Of a stretch of DNA of 31,920 nt, positions 28,435-31,920 are shown in pieces. A model generated the notes under the pieces. The model ran no database searches. It saw nothing but the letters and a program-made list of their open reading frames with translations, and was not told where the DNA came from. This DNA comes from Candidatus Eiseniibacteriota bacterium (GTDB lineage: Bacteria; Eisenbacteria; RBG-16-71-46; DASYSL01), in the NCBI GenBank assembly GCA_031431875.1, contig JANPEF010000093.1, forward strand, positions 1 to 31,920, in the 5' to 3' direction. Position numbers and translations under genes: made by a program. How positions within the stretch are numbered: the stretch's first letter is position 1; every line of letters starts with the position of its first letter.

Positions 28435-28605
28435 CGGCACTCTCCTTGCGCCCGTGTTCGCGGGAGGACCCGCCCGGAAGTGGAGCGCGCGATGCGAACC
28501 CCCGCCCGGGGCGGCTCGCATCGCGCGTCACATCCGGCAGAGTACCCTACAGGCGGCGGACCGTCGAGGCCACGGGGTCGCGGATCCCGCAAGCATCGGC
28601 GGTGA

Positions 28606-28634
28606 TTGCCAGGTCGTCGCCGATGGTCCAGATT
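28606..28634 (+). promoter_or_regulatory. Putative sigma70 promoter, leaderless, for the GNAT gene
   Basis: TTGCCA-17 nt-CAGATT, then 6 nt to ATG 28641; no SD. Confidence 0.5.
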
Positions 28635-28640
28635 GCCGGC

Positions 28641-29117
28641 ATGAGCCCGTCCGCGCTGCGCCCGGCCGCCTCCCCCGCCGACCTCGACATCGCCCGCACG
28701 CTGTTCCGCGAGTACGCCGCCGGGCTGGGCTTCCCGCTCGACTTCCAGGGCTTCGAAACCGAGCTGAACGCACTCCCCGGAGAGTACGCGGAGCCACGCG
28801 GCACGATCGTCCTCGCGTTCGATGGTGCAGGCGCGCCGCTCGGTTGCGTCGCGCTGCGGCCGCTCGACGAGCCCGGGGCCTGCGAGATGAAGCGGATGTA
28901 CGTGCGGGATACTGCGCGGGGAACCGGCATGGGCCGCCGGCTCGGGGAGCGCATCCTGGCGGATGCGCGGGCGCTGGGCTACCGGCGGATGAGGCTCGAC
29001 ACGATCGACACGATGACACCGGCGATCACGTTGTACCGGAGCCTGGGCTTCCGCCCGATCCCGGCGTACCGTTTCAACCCGATCCCCGGCGCGGTCTACT
29101 TCGAGGCGGAGCTCTGA
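28641..29117 (+). CDS. GNAT family N-acetyltransferase, 158 aa
   Basis: LFREYA..LG..LDFQGF..EL..LPGEY, GCVALRPL, CEMKRMYV...RGTGMGR, MRLDT, AITLYRSLGF. Confidence 0.92.
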   Translation: MSPSALRPAASPADLDIARTLFREYAAGLGFPLDFQGFETELNALPGEYAEPRGTIVLAFDGAGAPLGCVALRPLDEPGACEMKRMYVRDTARGTGMGRRLGERILADARALGYRRMRLDTIDTMTPAITLYRSLGFRPIPAYRFNPIPGAVYFEAEL

Positions 29118-29198
29118 CGCGCGAGCTCGATGCTCCCGTTGATCGTCGACCGTGAGAGCAGCGCCCCGCCCTTGCCAGGCGTCCCTTTCATGCGTTCC

Positions 29199-30545
29199 TC
29201 ACTTTCCCCTCTTCGGCGGTGGCGTCGGCGCTTCCTCGTCTTCCTCGTCGTCCAAGTCGTGCTCGTGCACGCTCTCGCCCTTCATGATCCACTGGAACCC
29301 GTCCTTGCGCTCCCGCACGCTCTCGCGCCAGGTCTCGGCGAAGCGCTTGAGCATCGCCTTGTCGCCGGGCGCGAACAGCTGGATCGCGCCCTGGAACGAC
29401 TCGAGCTCCACGTCGGCCTTGCCCGTGCCGAGGACGAACTCGAAGCGCTTGCCCTTGTCCTTGCGCGACAGGCGGATCGGGAACGGGGCCTCGAAGTCCC
29501 CGGCGTAGGTCGACACCGTCACCGTCGCATTCGATCGAGCGTTCATGCCCATCGCAATGTCGCCGCTGTGCGTGGAGAACCGGTACGAGCCGCCGTCGAA
29601 CATCTTGCCGTCGAACAGCACGGCGCCATTGATCGTCGACGCCTCGACGTCGCGCGAGGAGAGCTCGATCAACTGGATGTCGCCGTTGACGGCCTCGGCC
29701 TGGATCGCGCCGGCCACCTTCATCAGGCGCACGGCGTCGTTGACCGAGCTGACCATGATCGTCCCGCTCGCCTCGGACAGGTCGACGATCCCCTCGACCG
29801 AGCGCAGCTCGATGTTGCCCGAAGCCCGCCGCACGACGATGTCGCCGCGCACGGTCTCGACGCTGATGCCACCCTCGACACCGTCGGCGGTCACGTCGTT
29901 GTACACGCCGCTGAGCTGGATCGGCATCCATGCCGGCAGCGTGATGCGGTACTCGATCGCCTGCGACGGTCCCAGGCGCGAGGTCGACTGCACGTGGAGG
30001 ACGCCGCGCAGGTTCTTCACGTCGATCCAGTCGGCCCGCGAGTGCTCGGCCCGAATGCGCACGGCGTCCTTCGGCCACGTGGCGATCGCGATCGCCCCGC
30101 CGAAGTTGTTGAGGTCGAGCCGGGTCCCCCGCCGCACGACCACGGTCGTGTCGGTCGAGCTGTGGCCCTTGCGCGTCTCGCGGTCGATCCGGTACTCGCG
30201 GTAGCTGCGTGTCGCGCGGGGCGCCGGCGCCGGAGCAGACCGCGGTGTCGGGGAAGCCGGCGGGGCCGGCGGAGTGACCTGTGCCAGCAACCCGTCGAGG
30301 TTTGCCAGGGCACCCCGCGTGATCACATCCGCCTGGGCCGCGTCACTCGCGGCAGCCGCGGCGACCGCCGCCGCCTGGGCCGGTGCCGCGGCGCAGGCCG
30401 GAGCCCGCCCCGAATCGTCACTCGCGACCGAGCCCGGGACGCCGAGCATCGCGCAGCCGTCTCCGGCCTCCGCCAGCGAGGCCAAGGCAAGCGCGGGTAC
30501 GAGCGCGAGGGCGACGAGGCCGCTGCGGCGCAGGAACGCGGTCAT
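29199..30545 (-). CDS. Exported DUF4097 family beta-strand-repeat protein
   Basis: Signal peptide; repeats ETVRGDIVV, RSVEGIVDL, SSVNDAVRL, EAVNGDIQL, STINGAVL, STHSGDI; ATGA overlap with the anti-sigma gene. Confidence 0.87.
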   Translation of the reverse strand: MTAFLRRSGLVALALVPALALASLAEAGDGCAMLGVPGSVASDDSGRAPACAAAPAQAAAVAAAAASDAAQADVITRGALANLDGLLAQVTPPAPPASPTPRSAPAPAPRATRSYREYRIDRETRKGHSSTDTTVVVRRGTRLDLNNFGGAIAIATWPKDAVRIRAEHSRADWIDVKNLRGVLHVQSTSRLGPSQAIEYRITLPAWMPIQLSGVYNDVTADGVEGGISVETVRGDIVVRRASGNIELRSVEGIVDLSEASGTIMVSSVNDAVRLMKVAGAIQAEAVNGDIQLIELSSRDVEASTINGAVLFDGKMFDGGSYRFSTHSGDIAMGMNARSNATVTVSTYAGDFEAPFPIRLSRKDKGKRFEFVLGTGKADVELESFQGAIQLFAPGDKAMLKRFAETWRESVRERKDGFQWIMKGESVHEHDLDDEEDEEAPTPPPKRGK

Positions 30546-31294
30546 TGCGCGCTCGCGAGGACGGTGGCCTGGCGCAGCATGTCGACCTTCTTCCTCATGG
30601 TCTTCGAGAGGTGCTCCTGCAGGTACGGATTCGCCGGATCGCCGGCCAGCGCCTGCTGCGCCTGCGCCGTCGCCAGGTCGATGATCTTGAGATTGGCCTC
30701 GATCGTGCGCACGGTCTCGGGACCGAGCTCGGAGCGCTTCGCCGCGAGCACCTGCTCGAGCTGCCGGAGCTCACCGGCCAGCTCCCCGTCTGCCGTCTTC
30801 GCGGGAGTTGCGGCGGTCGTCACGTTCGGTTCCGTCGTCTCGCCGGATCCCGACGTCCGCCCGGCCACGACCGGGCGCATCGCGCTGCGCCCCGCGAACC
30901 AGCTCACGCCGCCCGACAGCGCGACGAGGGTGAGCCCGGCGGCCACGAGCTGCGGCCACGACAGCACGAGGCCACGCCGCGCGTCCGGGAACGAACGCGT
31001 GCCGCTGCCGCCGCCCTGCGGCCGCGCCGAACGCTCCGCCGCGGCGTGCGTGTCGCGGGCGAACGCCGCGATGCGCGCCTCGATGCCCGGCCACAGATCG
31101 ACGTCCGGCGCGCGTTCCGGCAGCGTGCGCGCCCGGTCCATCACGGCGCGCAACCCGGTGAGCGTGGTCGCGCACGACGCGCACGTGCCGAGGTGCGCTT
31201 CGAGCAGCGCGCGCTCCTCGCCCGTCAGGCTGTCGTCCGCGTACTCGGACAGTCGGTCGGTCCAGGCGTCGATCATGTCGTTCGATTCCTCCAT
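30542..31294 (-). CDS. Zinc-binding (zf-HC2) transmembrane anti-sigma factor, 250 aa
   Basis: LSEYADDSL...LEAHLGTCASC (HxxxCxxC); one TM; C-terminal L.PETV.TIEANL.IID.A......AL..DPAN; TGATG overlap with the sigma gene. Confidence 0.88.
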   Translation of the reverse strand: MEESNDMIDAWTDRLSEYADDSLTGEERALLEAHLGTCASCATTLTGLRAVMDRARTLPERAPDVDLWPGIEARIAAFARDTHAAAERSARPQGGGSGTRSFPDARRGLVLSWPQLVAAGLTLVALSGGVSWFAGRSAMRPVVAGRTSGSGETTEPNVTTAATPAKTADGELAGELRQLEQVLAAKRSELGPETVRTIEANLKIIDLATAQAQQALAGDPANPYLQEHLSKTMRKKVDMLRQATVLASAQ

Positions 31295-31881
31295 CAGCGG
31301 TCGAGATGCGCGCGCAGGATCATCCGTGCGCGGTGCAGCTGGGCCTTCGTCGTTCCCGTCGTCACGCCGAGCAACCCGGCAATCTCCTCGTGCTTGTAGC
31401 CTTCCACGTCGTGGAGCACGAACACCTGGCGCGCTCCCGGCGGCAGCTTCACGAGCGCGGCCTCGAAGTCGACGTTCAAGTCCGTCCCGGCGACGCGGGC
31501 GGGCAGGCTCGCGAGCACCGTCTCGTCCTCGACGTGGCGCTCGCGCTGCAGCTTCAGCACCTGCCGCCGGGCGAGGAACACGTTGACCGCCAGCCGGTGG
31601 AGCCAGGTGCCGAACGCGGACTCCCCGCGAAACTGGTCGATCTTCTGCCAGGCCCGGACGAGAGCGTCCTGGGTGGCCTCGGCCGCCTCGTCGGGCGAGA
31701 GCATCCGCCGGGCGAGGGCATGGACGCGGCCGGCATGCGCCCGGTACAGCCGCTCGAAGGCACGAAAGTCCCCGGCTGCCGCGCGGGATGCATCCGCGGC
31801 ATCCGCTTGCCACGAGCCGGGGACCGGGGAAAGTCCCGGAACCGCGCTCAAGACCGTCGCTTCGGGGCTTGCCGAGTCCAT
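31294..31881 (-). CDS. ECF RNA polymerase sigma-70 factor
   Basis: Region 2 GDFRAFERLY...TQDALVRAWQKIDQFRGESAFGTWLHRLAVN; region 4 LPPGARQVFVLHDVEGYKHEEIA..LG...GTTKAQLHRAR; AAGGAG RBS. Confidence 0.95.
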   Translation of the reverse strand: MDSASPEATVLSAVPGLSPVPGSWQADAADASRAAAGDFRAFERLYRAHAGRVHALARRMLSPDEAAEATQDALVRAWQKIDQFRGESAFGTWLHRLAVNVFLARRQVLKLQRERHVEDETVLASLPARVAGTDLNVDFEAALVKLPPGARQVFVLHDVEGYKHEEIAGLLGVTTGTTKAQLHRARMILRAHLDR

Positions 31882-31890
31882 GCGCTCCTT

Positions 31891-31918
31891 CAGATGGACG
31901 AGCAGGGGAATTGGTTGG
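31891..31918 (-). promoter_or_regulatory. Possible ECF-type autoregulatory promoter
   Basis: Minus strand CCAACC...CATCTG directly upstream of the sigma gene; AAC-to-TCT spacing 19 nt, near the ECF pattern; at the window edge. Confidence 0.3.
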
Positions 31919-31920
31919 AT

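Noticed and set aside
29130..31586. 818-aa plus-strand ORF
   Set aside because: Antisense shadow of the DUF4097, anti-sigma and sigma genes; no motifs; typical of high-GC DNA

Overview
High-GC, densely coding bacterial chromosomal window with about 26 genes. A FlgD-Ig/T9SS-like C-terminal domain and the HNH gene type suggest an FCB-related lineage such as Candidatus Eisenbacteria (inference only). In order: the 5' part of a secreted Ig/cadherin-repeat protein; a split methylmalonyl-CoA mutase large subunit and an epimerase, with two phosphatase lipoprotein genes between them; a PQQ-type sugar dehydrogenase; a divergent five-gene locus at 6562-16210; an HNH endonuclease gene with palindromic internal repeats and a hairpin-rich leader; a translationally coupled acyl-CoA catabolic operon ending in a DUF362 gene; several single genes; and an ECF sigma / zinc anti-sigma / DUF4097 module. 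The five-gene locus is the most striking feature. It encodes two ATP/ADP-translocase (NTT/TLC)-like transporters, one fused to HEAT and cNMP domains, plus an atypical Omp85 barrel, an exported kinase-fold protein and a metallophosphoesterase lipoprotein. It is a candidate extracytoplasmic ATP-dependent phosphorylation/dephosphorylation system. All family calls come from motif recognition by eye; no database searches were run.
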